Origin: Selaginella moellendorffii
Taxonomy: Eukaryota; Plantae; Lycopodiophyta
DNA length: 64,000 nt
Direction of reading: 5' to 3'
Assembly: GCF_000143415.4 (NCBI RefSeq)
Contig: NW_003314290.1
Location: 1,540,454 to 1,604,453 of the forward strand
The notes under the pieces are model-generated. The model was not told where the DNA came from. It saw only the letters and a list, made by a program, of their open reading frames with translations, and ran no database searches. The position numbers and the translations under genes were made by a program. Below are positions 36,194-51,600 of this stretch, in pieces; positions within the stretch are counted from its first letter, which is position 1; every line of letters starts with the position of its first letter.

Positions 36194-37569
36194 ATGGCGG
36201 ACAATCTCAAGGAGAAGTTCACGGCGCTGGGCGAGCGCCTCAAGATCGGCGGCGCCGAGGTAGGGCGCAAGGTCTCGGAGAGGATGGGAAATGTGAGCGA
36301 GCGGGTGCGGGAGATGTTCCAGGCGTCCAATGCGGCTGTGGATCGCCTGGTGGAGGAGGCAACGGGATTGCAGGGCTTCGATCCGGATTGGGGCCAGTTC
36401 ATGGAAATCTGCGACATGGTGAACGCGGACAAGATCACGGGCCAGGATCTGGCGCGGGCGATCAAGAAGCGCATGGGGAGCTGCAAGGAATCGCGCGGCA
36501 TCACGCTCGTGCTGCTGCTGCTCGAGGCCGTTGTCAAGAACTGCGACAAGATGTTCGCGGAGGTCGCGTCGGAGAGGATCCTGGACGAGATGGTGAGGCT
36601 GGTGGACGATCCGCGATCGTCGCCCGAGAATCGTGACAAGGCGCTGAAGCTCATCGAGTCGTGGGGTGAGGCCACAGAGGAGCTTCGATATCTTCCAGTG
36701 TTTGAGGAGACTTACAAGGTAACAGAACTCTCTCTCTCTTTTCTCTTTGTTTCTTTGCTTTTTGTTTTGTGTGAAAAGAGTGGTTCTTCTCTTTCATGCT
36801 TTTCTTAACTTTGGATTCTTTGTTTGTTTGATCAGAGCTTGAAATCTCGGGGTGTCAAGTTCCCTGGAAGAGATGCTGAGAGCTTGGCTCCCATTTTCAC
36901 TCCACCCCAGACTGTTGAGACGGCTCCCGTGCGCTCTGGCATCTCGAGGCTGACGCTCAGAGACGTAGTTGGCAGCCACCCTACTCGCGAGGACAACAGT
37001 GATCACGAGAAGGAGGTTTTTGACGTAGCGCGTAACAGTATCGAGCTTCTCTCCACTGTTCTTACATCGTCTCCCCAGCAGGAAGTTTTAAAGGTGTGGT
37101 TCGCTCATTCTCTCGTAAATCGCTTTAACAAGTGTTTCTTCTGTGTTTATCTTTCCAGGAAGAGCTTACCATCGCGCTAGTGGAGCAGTGCCGGCAGTCC
37201 CAGTTTAACATACAAAGAATTATCGAAAGAGTTGGCGAGAACGAGGCCCTGTTGTTCGAAGCTCTCAACGTCAACGATGAGCTCCAGAAAGCCCTCGACA
37301 AGTACGAGGAGATGTCCAGCGCAGTAGCACCACTGCCTCCACCATCAGAGCTCCCTAAATCCGACGACTCGGCGTTTGTGATCGTCGACGAGGAGCCCGA
37401 GCTGGACGACCCTCTAGTTCGCAACAAATCTTCCAAGGCTGGAGCTCGTCCATCTCCCACCGAGGATCCTTTGGCAGATCTGGACAAGATGATATTCGGG
37501 AATAAGGCAGAAGAAGAGGCCAGCAACGACAAGAAGAAAAAGCCCGCGGATGATCTGATCGCGTTTTGA
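36194..37569 (+). CDS. TOM1-like (TOL) VHS-GAT ubiquitin receptor, 3 exons
   Basis: VHS: VEEAT...PDWGQFMEICD...LEAVVKNC...KALKLIESWG. GAT: LVEQCRQSQ...LLFEALNVNDELQKAL. Ends DDLIAF. Confidence 0.92.
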
Positions 37570-37698
37570 ATAATCTCCCTTGTCATTTTTTGTTGCTTAC
37601 AGAAATTTTTTGTACATTGGGAGAACATTCATCACAGGTTTATATACTTTGCTTTCTCCTTGCTAATCTTTTGTATATACACAGGTCCTCTGTGAAAA

Positions 37699-39371
37699 CT
37701 AAAGAGAGTACAGCATCACGTTACCATCGTCTCCAGTGACAACAAGCTTCTCTTGCGCGTCACCAGCGAGAGAGATTCCTCTCACGGCACCGTTTTTGAT
37801 CGCTCCCAAGCCATAGAGGCACTTACCGCGCTCAACGTCGTGCACCAGAAGAGATCCGTCGCCTCCACCGCTCCAAGCCAGCGAGCCTGTTCCATTTTTC
37901 TCTGTAAGTTCTCCAAGTTTCTTTTCGTTTCCTCTTCTGGCTTACGTACCGTTCATGTAGAGGCTGTATATAAAATCCCGGTGATCTTCCAGAGTGAAGA
38001 CCGCATTAAAGGACGCCCTTACGTCAAGGACCTTCAGTACTCTGTCCGCGCCTGCTGTTGTGACCAGAGGACATCCACAGGTTGTGTTCTTCGCCACTGC
38101 AATGCAGGTGAGTGCTCCAACGCCTTTCGCAGATCTGGAAAGTAAAAGTAGACATTCTTTAGTGCTTTTCTAACAAGAAAATCTTTCAGGGAGTACCTGT
38201 GGAGACAAGCAGTGTGGACCGGCTGCCTGCATCGAAAGTCCCAGACTTGAAGTAAGCCATCCTGCCCTCCTGAGAGAAACACGTCCCCGGCCTCCTCCTC
38301 TACTGCTTTTAACGCTGTAACGTGGCCTTTATGAGCGTTCTTGCACTGCAAGACGGGAGACCTCCCATCCACGTCCCAAAGTATCACAGTCCCGTCCCTG
38401 CAGCCACTCACAAGCCTCCCTCTCGGCGTTCCTGCGAATTCCATGACTGGTGCCTTGTGTCCTGCCAGCTTTGCTACCTCTCTCCCCGAAGGTCCTCCCA
38501 GATCCCAGAGGATTAAAGTCCTGTCATAGCTCGCACTGACTGCTAAACTCCCTTGGTTGAAAACACCGGCTTTAACTCCCGACACAGACGCAGTGTGTCC
38601 TTTGAGGTCCCTGCTTCGAACACCTCGTTTGTCCCACAGGCAGAGCTTGTTGTCCATTCCGCCGCTAACGATTCTTCCGTCTGGCAGATGATCCAGGCAA
38701 GTGACCCACTCGGTGTGGCCGTAAGATTTCCCGTGCATGATCCTGGTGAGCCCGCAAGTTCCAACGTCGATGGTGTAGATGGCATGGTCGGAGGATCCAA
38801 CGGCCAGCTCCGAGCCGTGGACGCTCATGCACAGGCTGGGGCGGTCCGAGAGGCTCACGACGGTACCGGACGGATCGGAGGGTCCCTTGATCCAGCTCTT
38901 CTGCAAGAAGAAGTCGTTCACTGGGGCCTGGAAGTCGGATGAGCCGGGGTGGCAAGCGGGGTTCTTGCAAGGAACAGTCTCGCAAGCGAATGGGGGAGTG
39001 GTGGCCTCTCGCTTGAAAGAAGCCGATGGAGATGGCTGATCCGGCTCCATCATGCTCGAGTGTGGTGGAGGTTCGTTTAGCCGGAGGTCAAACTTGGGAC
39101 GAACTCTGGAATCTCGGGGCCTTCCTAGAGCTGGACGTGGAGGCGCTGACTTGAAAACTCCGGTGGAAATGGTGCTGCTGGGCTTGCTCTCGAGGCTGGT
39201 TCTTCGAAGATCTGTGGTGACGCCAGACAAAGAAGCAGACCTCTTAGAAGCATAGCCTTGCTCGAGGGAAGGATTTCTCGTGCTCGAGCTATTGGTATTG
39301 GAAACTTTGGCCGCCGGATTTCGATCGATCCCAGTGCTGCTGCTGCTCCTGGTTTTCTTTCTAGTATACAT
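37699..39371 (-). CDS. WD40-repeat protein with Ser-rich N-terminus
   Basis: GHTEWVT...SGGMDNKLCLWD, GHTASVS...SASYDRTLILWD, GHKAPV...ILWD, SGGQDGLLQVWD. Ends VTGDDGNVMLYSL*. Confidence 0.85.
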
Positions 39372-39513
39372 TTTCTTCCCTCTCGGCGCTGGAGTCGAGT
39401 AGAGTGAGATCAGTCCAAGAAGAGAAGTGTTCCTGGCATTGGGACTGACCGTTATTTAGGGCTCTTCCAAGGCCAAATCTCCACCGTTTATACGAGTGGA
39501 ATTTTCTTCTTTA

Positions 39514-39981
39514 TCAATTACCACAGGAACAGCTCCTCCTAGTGCTCTCGAATTCGGCATTCTCCTTCCAGGCCTCCCCATCCGCGTAGATCTCCTTCTT
39601 CCAGATCGCCACCGAGGCCTTGATCTCGTCAATCAAGAACTGGCAAGCGGCGAGCGCCTCCTTCCTGTGGATCGACGAGGCGGCCACAAAGACGCTCTCC
39701 TCCCCCACGGGCACCACGCCAATCCTGTGCGCCACGGCCACGCCGATCAATTCCCACCTCTCCCGGGCCGCCTGGCAGATCTTGCGCAGCTGCGAGCTCG
39801 CCATTGGCACGTATGCCTCGTAGCGAAGCTCTAGAACCTGTTTGCCCTGGAATCTATCCCGCGTCGTGCCGCCAAAGCTCGCGATCGCTCCGGCGGCTGG
39901 GCTCCTGACGGAATCCATGTATTTCGCTGTGTCGAGCTTACATTCCACGATTTCCACGAGATCGTGGACATTCTCCCCCAT
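39514..39981 (-). CDS. CNX6: Molybdopterin synthase catalytic subunit (MoaE/MOCS2B)
   Basis: AGAIASFGGTTRD.FQGK.VLELRYEAYVPMA, HRIGVVPVGEESV, IWKKEIYADG. Intronless. Confidence 0.95.
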   Translation of the reverse strand: MGENVHDLVEIVECKLDTAKYMDSVRSPAAGAIASFGGTTRDRFQGKQVLELRYEAYVPMASSQLRKICQAARERWELIGVAVAHRIGVVPVGEESVFVAASSIHRKEALAACQFLIDEIKASVAIWKKEIYADGEAWKENAEFESTRRSCSCGN

Positions 39982-40126
39982 GGCCGCGTAGAACCCTAGA
40001 ATCACTCAAAACAAGCATATTCTTAAATGGGTATATTCTGTTCTATCCATGAGGATTGACACGTAGGCGCTGACGTGAAATATATTTCTAGGGATAGTTT
40101 GAAGCTATGCTTCGGAGAGGCTAAGA

Positions 40127-42037
<1,911 letters not shown>

Positions 42038-42060
42038 GTCGTCGTGATCCATTCTTTGCT

Positions 42061-42139
42061 TATAGTTGTTTGGTGTGATTTTCTCGAGAGTAGGCCTACA
42101 TATAGTTGTTTGTGTGATTTTCTCGAGAGTAGGCCTACA
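42061..42139. repeat. ~40-bp tandem duplication in the OAT/kinesin 3' region
   Basis: tatagttgttt(g)gtgtgattttctcgagagtaggcctaca occurs twice. Confidence 0.85.
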
Positions 42140-42276
42140 GCTGCAAAATCAAAGTTTGTATTTTGATCGCAAGATGATCGTGTAAATGACAAGAACACTT
42201 GGGAACAAATCTTCTATGTTTTGGAGATCATCACCCTCAGGGTAGCAAGTTAGTTTACAAAAGGTAGGATCTCTCG

Positions 42277-44889
42277 TCACAATCTCTCGGTGATAGAAAT
42301 CCTGCTTGAGCACTCGAGCGTCCATCTCCTCCGATACTTGGAGCTCTTCTTGCCTAAGTACTCCCACCCACATCTTCCACCCCGCTCCTTGCCAGCTTGA
42401 GTAGTGGTGGCGCTCGTCCTCATCAATCTTCTCTCGGACTTTGCCGCCACAGCCACAGGGAGTGGAGGCGATGGCGATGGAGCTGAATTCTCCGTCGTCA
42501 AACCATTTCTCACAGTAGCAGCAGTGGTAGCTTTGCGATCAACCAGCAGCTCGTCCTCTTGAGCTCCAACTTCGTGAACTCGAGGTGGCGGAGGATCGTC
42601 AACTTGGTGATGGCGGACAACCTCTTGGCGATGGACTTGGAAGTTGAGAGTTCTTCGCACCTGGCGAGACTCCGGCGTCCCGGATCTCACCACTCTCTTC
42701 TCGGTGGTCGTCTCCATCATCACCGAGACCACGCTCTCGAGGTGGATCGTGCTGCTGCGTTTCTTGCGCTGGCTGCTCACTGTGGGTGTCATGAATCTGG
42801 GAATGGAGGAGGACGACGATGAAGAGGATGAAGAACGTCCGGCGGTGGTGGTGGTGAGCTCCTTCTTTGCGCTCGCCGAGAGTAACTTGGCTTGCAGCTC
42901 GTCCAAGTCTTGGTTTTCCATGCCGCGGCGGATGAGAGACTCCACCATTTGGATGTTCTCGTTGAGCTTCTGGCACTCGGTTTCGTAGAGCTTCATCTTC
43001 GCCAAAACGTTGGCCATGCTAGCTGTTCTCTCGTCCCTTGCGCTCTAGAAATCCACAAGAGAAAAGAGTTCAAGACTATGAAGGGAGAGAACAAACTATA
43101 TGATCTTACAGGAGATATATCTCTTCCAAGATGAATCGCCCTGGCCCTGGAAGCAAATCCCAGCGAGCACGTCGTCTCTCCAAGGTCTTCCTCCTTTGGA
43201 CTAACGTGAACAAGCATCAAAGCTTTCGAATCCTTCCCTGGAAAAAACCATTTTTTCTCTGAGGCACAAAGCAAAACTTTTCAAAAGTACCTAAACAATC
43301 GCGAAGAATCTGTGTCAGCTTGCTATTCCTGCTTGAAGAACACCAACCATAGAAATGGAAAAACCAGTTAACTCTCGCTCGCTCCGAGAAAAGAAAGAAA
43401 CAAAGATTTTTACCTGTAAGGTATGTGTGGTTGCTTTCGTTGTAGAGCACTGATAACATCCCCCAATGCGGACAAGGATGCATTGATGGCTTTGCCTTCT
43501 TCCAGAGTTTGTCCCTGCGCTTGCGTCTTAAAGAACCTCTCACTCCCTCCCAAATCCACCAGCCAAAGTTTGCTTGCGTGGCTCTGCTTTCCATAGTTGC
43601 AAGTGATGTTGATTCGAACCAAGCTGATCGAGCAAAGAAGAATTTATGGCGGCCGGATAGAAGATGGAACAAAAAAAGAAAAGTTTTGGACTCTCACCAG
43701 TGTGATCTACTCGATGTCTCGTTTGCAGTCGTCCAACACGTAGACCTCGAACGGACCCCCTTGCGATATAGATATCTTGCCTGGCTCGCGCTTTTAATCG
43801 GAATCTCTGTCAAGTTTTCTATCTCTGTGCTACCAGATCCAGCCATCTGGATGCAAAGGCTGGAGAAGAAAAAATCACGTTTTTCAAGAGATAACGAACA
43901 AGGATTTCTTGCCTCTTGCTGCTCGACTGCTGCTGTTGCCGAGGAGCCAATAAGTCGCGCAAACACCCACGGTACACTTCGAGCATGCTCAGCTTGAATG
44001 AGTACTCGACAGTTGTGTCGAGCGAAGCGTCGAAGAAGAGCTGCTGCAAAGTGCGAGGAACTATTCCTGGACAATCCTGACTACCTTCCTGAGAACTTGA
44101 AAGTCTGAGACGAGGACGAAAAAACGAGAAAATCACGAAACCAACCATTGTGAACGTCTTTCCAGTGCCGGTTTGTCCATAGGCAAAGATACAAACGTTA
44201 CTTCCATCCATGGCGGACCTGATAATTGGCTCCACTTCTGAGAAAACATCATCTGGAAGAAACAAAGAATCTTAAGCTCTTGTCGCCACCATTTGAATGG
44301 TTTCGTACCTTGTAAGGATGCCGCGTGGAAAACCTTATCAAATAGATAGTTCCTGGCTTTGCCACCAGAGGAGGATACTTGGACTTGATTTGGAACATCC
44401 GTGGCGACAATGCCGACTCTTCCCTGTTGCTCGGAGGACAGGAGAGGCCGAACTCTACAAAAAACTCGTATGTTCCCTGCACAAAGTTTTGATTTTTCAG
44501 AGAAATCTTAGAGGCTTGCAGACCTTTGAGATCGAGGAGCTTGTTTAAAGCGAGCTTCCTGTTAACATTCGACAAGGCATAGGCAGCCTTTAGAAGTATG
44601 AGCTCTCCTGGAAAAAAAGAAAAGAAAAAGAATCAACGAAAAACACACAAAAAAAAGAAAAGAGAGATTTTTCTCTACCTTGGAGGCTTGATTTTTCGGT
44701 GTTGTTGTAGATGGCCCCTTCTGGAAAAGATGGTGTGCAAGGAGTGGAAGGGCAGCTGTTGGACAAATCCTCGATGATAAGCTTGACGGACTGAGCCCAA
44801 GTGACTGTAAGATCGCTCTTGGATCCCAGCAGTGATTCGATGGTCCCGACCAAGTTCTTGAAGGAGCTACACTTTTGAGGACTTTCCAT
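42277..44889 (-). CDS. Kinesin-14 family motor protein, multi-exon
   Basis: [26 protein letters not shown] (P-loop), [39 protein letters not shown]. Confidence 0.93.
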
Positions 44890-45952
44890 GGCTCATCTCC
44901 TCAACCAGCCTTCACCCCGAGCTACATTGATCCATCACACAAACTTTGAGCATAGCTGAAAAAAAAAGAAGAAAAAAAAAAAAACCAGACCACCAAACAA
45001 CCAAGATCAAAGATCCACAAGCCGCTACTAGCAAGACAACGAGGAAAAACCTCGAAAGCACATCATGCAAGAAAAGGAACAGTGCAAGCGCCTCTTCATT
45101 ACCTCGAGCTTTGTCCGCCAAACTCCGCCATAGCTCGGCAATCTCTCGGTGGAGCTCCCGCAGATCTAAGTGAGATCCACAAAACCCACCACCGGAGAGC
45201 TCGAGCTTTCCCACATTCCGCTGCCAGGCAGCCGCAACCACCGATGCCTCTGCAAAACAAAATGGCCTCCAAAGCAAAGGGAAAGAGAGAGAAACAAAAA
45301 ATACAAGCCCAGCCACCAAAACTAATCGCTCCAAAACCAAAGGTTATGGTCAAAGCACAGGAAGAACTTGTCCGTGTGTCCAGTCTCCATCGCTATCCCC
45401 CAAAACTCAAAGAATTGTTAGCGAGAAATCACGAATATGGTCGAGAAAAATGTGATTTTGCATGCCAATTACGTGGTAAAAAGATCTATAGTTTAAGTGG
45501 TAAGCTCGAGCCTTGATCAAAAAAACCTCTAGATTTTTTAAGCTCGCGCTGGTGTACGAATCCAAACTCATGCTTCCACGAGCTCTCCAGACACATGATT
45601 GATGGAAGTTTTTATAAATCTCTCTCTCTCTCTCTCTCCCTCCCTGTGGTGGTACCATACTCTATTAAATCTTGTGTGTGTTGTGGACCATGGCTCTATC
45701 TCATAATAATTCCAAGTGTTTTCTATGTGAGGTGTACTACATGCTGTGCGAGTGTTGTGATTCCTCTCTTTCATGGTGTCCGCGCAGGAAAACCAAAGAA
45801 GAAGAAGAATCGTGTGTAGACTAAACACTTATCGCGCCTATACGATCTGATCTTAGCCATGGTCGGCAGCTCTATCATTCATGAATCGCTGAGCATCTCC
45901 CGCGTACGTTTGATTCGATTCAAGGGCGGTAGTGGTGGGCGCAACGATCTCA

Positions 45953-45961
45953 CTATATAAA
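45953..45961 (+). promoter_or_regulatory. TATA box upstream of EF-hand gene
   Basis: CTATATAAA ~55 nt upstream of ATG 46016. Confidence 0.55.
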
Positions 45962-46015
45962 CGACCATCCCGCCATGGAATTCATCACAAACTAGCACCT
46001 CTAGATCTCTCTCCC

Positions 46016-46417
46016 ATGGCTCAGTGCAATCTCCCGGCCCATGATCACTCCATCTGCAACGATCCAATCCGCCGCCTCCACCAGGAGGCCAAGGCCGCGT
46101 ACCACAAGCTCCCCCTGGAGCAGCGATCCCAGGCGCTGCGCCTCTTCAAAGGCATGGATCAAAATGCGAGTAGGGGGGTGACGCGAACGGAGGTGGAACG
46201 CTACAGCGACCCCGCCGTCAAAGCGGTCGCCCTCTCGTGCTTCGACGCCCTCGACGCCGATCACAACCGCAAGCTCGATTTCTGGGAGACCGTCACGCTC
46301 GCCCACATCCTGCGCGTCCCGGGCAAGCTCTGCGGCGAGTGCTCCGCCCTCCTCCTCTACGGGCCGATTTGCAGCGTCTGCGAGACCGACAACTGCTACC
46401 CCGAAGAAGAACCCTAA
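46016..46417 (+). CDS. Small EF-hand protein with C-terminal CxxC...CxxC motif
   Basis: MDQNASRGVTRTE and LDADHNRKLDFWE EF-hand-like loops, then CGEC...CSVC. 133 aa, intronless. Confidence 0.75.
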   Translation: MAQCNLPAHDHSICNDPIRRLHQEAKAAYHKLPLEQRSQALRLFKGMDQNASRGVTRTEVERYSDPAVKAVALSCFDALDADHNRKLDFWETVTLAHILRVPGKLCGECSALLLYGPICSVCETDNCYPEEEP

Positions 46418-46712
46418 AATCAAAGTGGTATCCGTACAAGAAGGGTCTCTTCGTACAAAGTACGGAATAAACCCTCCGTAATAAACAATACGTATGTTTT
46501 AATGTATGTAAGAATTGTGTACGTCGTCGTCTCGGCGATGCGATGCGCGCAGCGAGGAGGAAGGAAGCGATCGAAGGATTAAGCGCTTTTATACTTACTG
46601 CCCGAATCTCAGTGACCAAATTTACAGTGTCTCGAGCTCTTTTCTCTTTTGGGATTGGATTTGGAAGATGGGAGAGGGCTTTTCCTTGTCTAGAGTTCTC
46701 GATTTGCGCTCA

Positions 46713-48089
46713 CTAGAGCACCGCGGCGGCCTGGTTGTAAAACACCTCGGCGATGATTCCATACATTGCCTGCGTCGGGTGGAAGCTGTCCCAGAAGACG
46801 AATTTGGAGGAGTCGGAGCACGTCCCCATCGACAATCCATTGCAGAGATCGCCCACTTCGATCAATCCGGAGCCGCAGCAGCCTCGATTCGTCTCGCTAA
46901 ACCCTGCAAAGAAAACAGGGGATTGAGTGTTCTTGAGAAAAGAAGGTGGAATTCTTGCCGTATTTCGCAGGATTGTGGATGGCATCGAAGAGGACGCTGT
47001 AGCAGTCGAGGTATGCGACCTTGGTTCCCGGAAGTGAGGCCTTGGTTCGCGTGAGCAGCTGCTGGAGCGCGACATTGTGGGCGACGGCCTTGGAATTGAG
47101 ATCTTCCACGCAGCTTCTATCGCGTTTGCCCGCGGTTGTGATCTCCGATGGCAAGCATCCCAGCGGAGGCACTGAGACTACCGCAAATCGGCGCCCACCG
47201 ACATTGTAAAGCTCCTGGAGAGATTCCAAAGAGCAAATTTGTGTGAGGCTGTTCTTGGAACGTGTGAGATTCCAAGCAGGGGAAGAAAAAGAGATTGATT
47301 GATGGAAGATTTGCGAGAATCCAAGAGAAATGCGATGGAAAACTAGCCCGGATCGGAGTGAAGTCGCGTACCTGGATGAATTGCGAGGTCTGCTTGATGA
47401 GGAGCTCCCGGAATTGCTCGTTATTGTACTGCGAGGAGAGGCGAGTGTTGAGGCGATAGTAGATATAATCGTTGCTCCCGGAGCTTATCACGTAGAGCGC
47501 CCTGGAGAGGATCGATTGCGCGCGATCGGGCCCGGCTATCCGCTCCAATTGCTGCCGATAACTCGCAAACCACTTGAGCTGCTGCGTGGACGAAGCCACA
47601 TTCTAGCAACAAGGAAGATCCATGGCTTCAATAGCAAACAAGAGAAAGATCGAGCTTACAAACAACGAAGCCGTGGAATCGACCAGCCCCGACGCTGCCG
47701 ACGCGAAATTCGCTCCAAAGATGAGATTGTCTCCGGTGGCATTCGGACTAGTGAACGCGAGCGGGAATGGGAGATTGAGCTTCTGAGCTGCGAGATCTCG
47801 CCAAGAACAAGCACAGTCAAGAGCCAGTCCACGATAATCAACGAACAGTCAACTCACCGACGATGTCCGGCGCGAGCAGACCATTGCTGAATCTCCCGGT
47901 GGGGAATCCAAAATCGCGGCCATACGGCGCGTGATTGCTGTGCATGATCGTGCTAAACACATTGTTGTTGCCCGCGTCCACGGTGGAATCGCCGAAGATT
48001 AGAATCGCGGGAACGCCATAGGCATTGGCGTGATCATACTGCCCCAGCGAGAGATCCAGGGATAGAGAAAACAAGAGCAATGCCAGCAT
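46713..48089 (-). CDS. GDSL esterase/lipase, multi-exon
   Basis: Signal peptide, FGDSTVDAGNN, PYGRDF..PTGRFSNG, GANFASAASG, SSGSND, FWDSFHPT. Confidence 0.94.
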
Positions 48090-48600
48090 TGCTCTCTCGC
48101 GCGGCCGATCGATCGCGCGCCCCGCAAATCGATTATTCGCCATCGATCGGAGCAACCGAAAGAAGAGAGGAAGAAGAGAGAGAGATAAGCGATCGATTGA
48201 ATGAATGCGAGAGTTTTCGGTGGTGGGTGAGAGGAGATTCGAGTGCTTTCACTCCTCCCTCTGTGGCACTGCTGCGTATACTAATCTCCCTCCCTTCTTA
48301 TTCCACTTCAGTTGTTTATTACGTGCTAGAAGGGCGAGAAGATCTCCACCGATGGATCTAAGCCCACCTTGCACAGCAGTCGTTGGATGGACGCATTATT
48401 ATGCCGCGGAAACGGTTTTGACGGGCGAGGCGGCGTCGCGTGCCCGTCATTAATGGTGCGACAGGTACACGTCAAAACAACATTAAACATTCCTTGACAC
48501 GTCACCAAGTTTCCCAAGAACCCTAAAAATCTCTTTTCTTCTTTAGTTTACTGCAGTACACGAGTAAAATTCTTACAAGCCACAGCCCCTCGCTGATTCC

Positions 48601-51600
48601 TCACAGGATCACGCAGCGGCATTTGGACTTCGATCGCCGGCGCAGCGACTCGGCGCTCGCGGCGTCGCCCCCCCTCTCGAGCGATCGATCGATGAAGTGG
48701 TGCTCTGGGATGATGTGATCTTTGACGTCCTCCTCAACTCTTCCCAGGGGCGGGCTGTGCATGAAGGCGACGGTGGTCTTTGGCATCAGCTTCTGGTTCT
48801 GCAAGTAAGTGAGAGTTCTCCGCACGGTGGATTCCTCGCTGGCTTTCCACTTGGTGGGATCCAGATCCACGAACTTTGGGGGGATGTGGTGCGTCTTGGA
48901 CAGCCCCAGGAAGGTGACGAGCTCGTCCGCCGACGCCGCCTTGAGATCCTCCTTCTCGATCCCCAGGCTCGCGGCCCGGTAGACGAGGTCGTGGACGATG
49001 GAGCTGCAGAAGAGGATGCTCTCGCGGGTGCTCTCGCTGGAGGAGATCGCGATGGTATTGGTGGTGCTTCCAGCACCATTGATGCTCCCTGCCATCGAAG
49101 AGAATGAAGCAAGCTCGTCATCGATCGATCGAAACAAGAGCTCTCTCTAGCAGCGAAGAAACTTACCTGGAAGTTTTTCGTGATGCTGGTGATGTTGCTC
49201 GGCTTCTTCCAATTGCTTCCAGCACTCGGTCATGGTGTCGATCTCCTCGTCGCCTCGATCGCGAGGATCCTCGGCAGATCCTCCAGGATGATGATCTCCA
49301 CACTCGGAGGAGGAAGACTCCTCCATGCTACACACTTCTATGTGTGTATCATCCACGAGCAGCGATCTCTCCTCCTCCAGGACGATGTCCATGGCGTCCT
49401 GCCGGTGACTCGCGATCGCCGCGATCGATTTCTTCGCTGCTGGCTCTGAGAACTCACGATCGTCGCTCCCCGCCATCTTTTGCCGCGACGAGAAATCATC
49501 GATGTAGTAGTCGACGTATCCGTCCTCGTCGTTGTCAAAGCCACCGGGAAGAACATCCTCGCTCGCCAGGATCTCACACTCCTTGCTAGAGTTTAAGCTC
49601 GTCGTCCTGCCTCCTCGCTCGGTCGTCGTCTTGTCCACGAACTTTTGCGGTGGATCCATGGAATCGATGTAGTAGTCGACGCAGCTCTCCTCGGATTTGG
49701 TGTCGTACTCGTCCGAGGCCTTGTACGTATACGTCCCGTTGCTGGACGCGTCGCCGTTGCATGCTAGATCGAGGTGGTGGATCCTCCGCGGGGTTATATC
49801 GTCGACGCTATCGTCGGTGGTGCTAGCGGGACGTCCTCCGGATGAAATGCTCTCGCCACCTTTGGAGGAGCTTATCTGGATCGAGAAGAGCGACGATTCC
49901 CTCGAGTCTCTCCTCTTGTAGTGCCTGGACGCGCTCAAGAATGCGCCGAAGTTTGGAGGGTCTCGGGGCTTGGTGGTGATCCGGGACGACAATCTATGGA
50001 CGTCGGTGTTGGTCGAGCTCGTCTTTGGATGATCTCCCCGGTCGTTGGACGATCGAGTGGCGAAAGTTTCCGAGAGCTGGGAGGCGCTGGACGACGAAGT
50101 GGAGGCTTTCTTGTCCGAGATTGTCGTGGTGGAAGTGCTGGGAGAGATCGAGGAGCGGCAGTCTCTGGGCTTTGGAGCAGGATCGTTCGCGAGTCCGAGC
50201 ACTTCCGAGCCGGTTGTGTGGAGCTCCTGATCAAACTGGTAGACTTCCAGGGAGCTGGAGCTGTACTTTAGATCGATGAGCTGAGTGAAGCAGTGGAGGG
50301 ATGGATCCTTTGTGGAAGATGGCGGCGAGGAGTTTTGCTCTTGTTGTGCTTCGTCAGGCTTGACAGCTCCTCCAGAAACCTTGGAGCTCGGATGAGGAGC
50401 TCTCGCTGATTGCCTCTCCTGGTTTTCGGCCAGATCCACGGCTTTGCTGATGACGAGCTCGAGCAAGCTTCTCATGCTGGCTGCAGTGTCTTCGTCGAGC
50501 GGATGGCTCTCGTCGATCTCCATGTCGACTTCGTCCTGGAAGGGTGGAGAGTGATCCGAGGAAGTTGGCGTGAGCACCAGAAGCTCATGGTGGTCGGACT
50601 TCTCGATCACCATCTCCTCCTCGACCTGAGCTTGAGTTTGAGCTCGAGCTTGTTCCACCATCGGCTCCAGCTCCTCAACGATCTCCAGGGCTCTCGTCTC
50701 CTCGCAGCTCCTCGCCAGCTCCAGGGAGTGATCCTCCAGGAGCTCCTCGGCCTTCCTGTCATCGATCATGGCGTCGAGCGACGCAAACTCGTCGCGGTCG
50801 TCCCGGCTCAGCCTGGACGCAACCTCCTCGTCCTGGTCGTGCTCCACACTCGCCGCGCTGCTGCTGTTGATCGACGAGTCCGTCATGGAGCGCTGCTGGA
50901 GCGAGTTGCTGGCTCGCGTGTAGAAGGACGAGATGTGGCTGTTTGACATGAGCGGCCGGAATCCACCGCTCGAGTTCCTCCTAAAGTCCTGCAAGAAAAA
51001 AAACGATTTTGATGATTAGAGAGGAGAGAACTCTTAAGAGTTTGCAAAGCTCGTCACCATTTGTCGCGAAGAACTCGTGTCGAAAGGCTTCCTTTGCGAG
51101 TTGATCGCCGAGAAGGAGCCCGTCCCGCCCGTTCGAACCGGCTTCTTGGTCACGGGCTTCACCGGAGATGTCTCCTCGCAGCCCGAGATCGGCCGCTTTC
51201 CACCGCTGTCCGTGGTGGTGGTGGTGATCACCACCCGCGGGCTGGGACGATTCACCTCGATGCCCGAGTTTTGCGACGAGGAGACGACCGATCCTTTGCT
51301 GGAGCTGGCCGAGGAGCTGTAGCTCCGGGAGAAGCTCGGCGACACGGCGCGGCGATGATCCGAGCTCTTGAAAGAGGATGATCCTCCTCCAACGAGCCGG
51401 GGAGACAAGGAAGCTCCGCGAGTGTTGGACGAGGATGGTCGATCCGGCATGCTCGTCCGGAGGTTTGGCGGTGGCTCACTCGCGAATCCCGCGGGCATTG
51501 CCGGATGGACGGGAGTTCTCGGCTTTCGCGACGATGGCGAGCTGCTACGCGCGGTTCTTCCCACATTGTTGGAGGTGGTGGTGATCTTGTTGAAGCTGGC

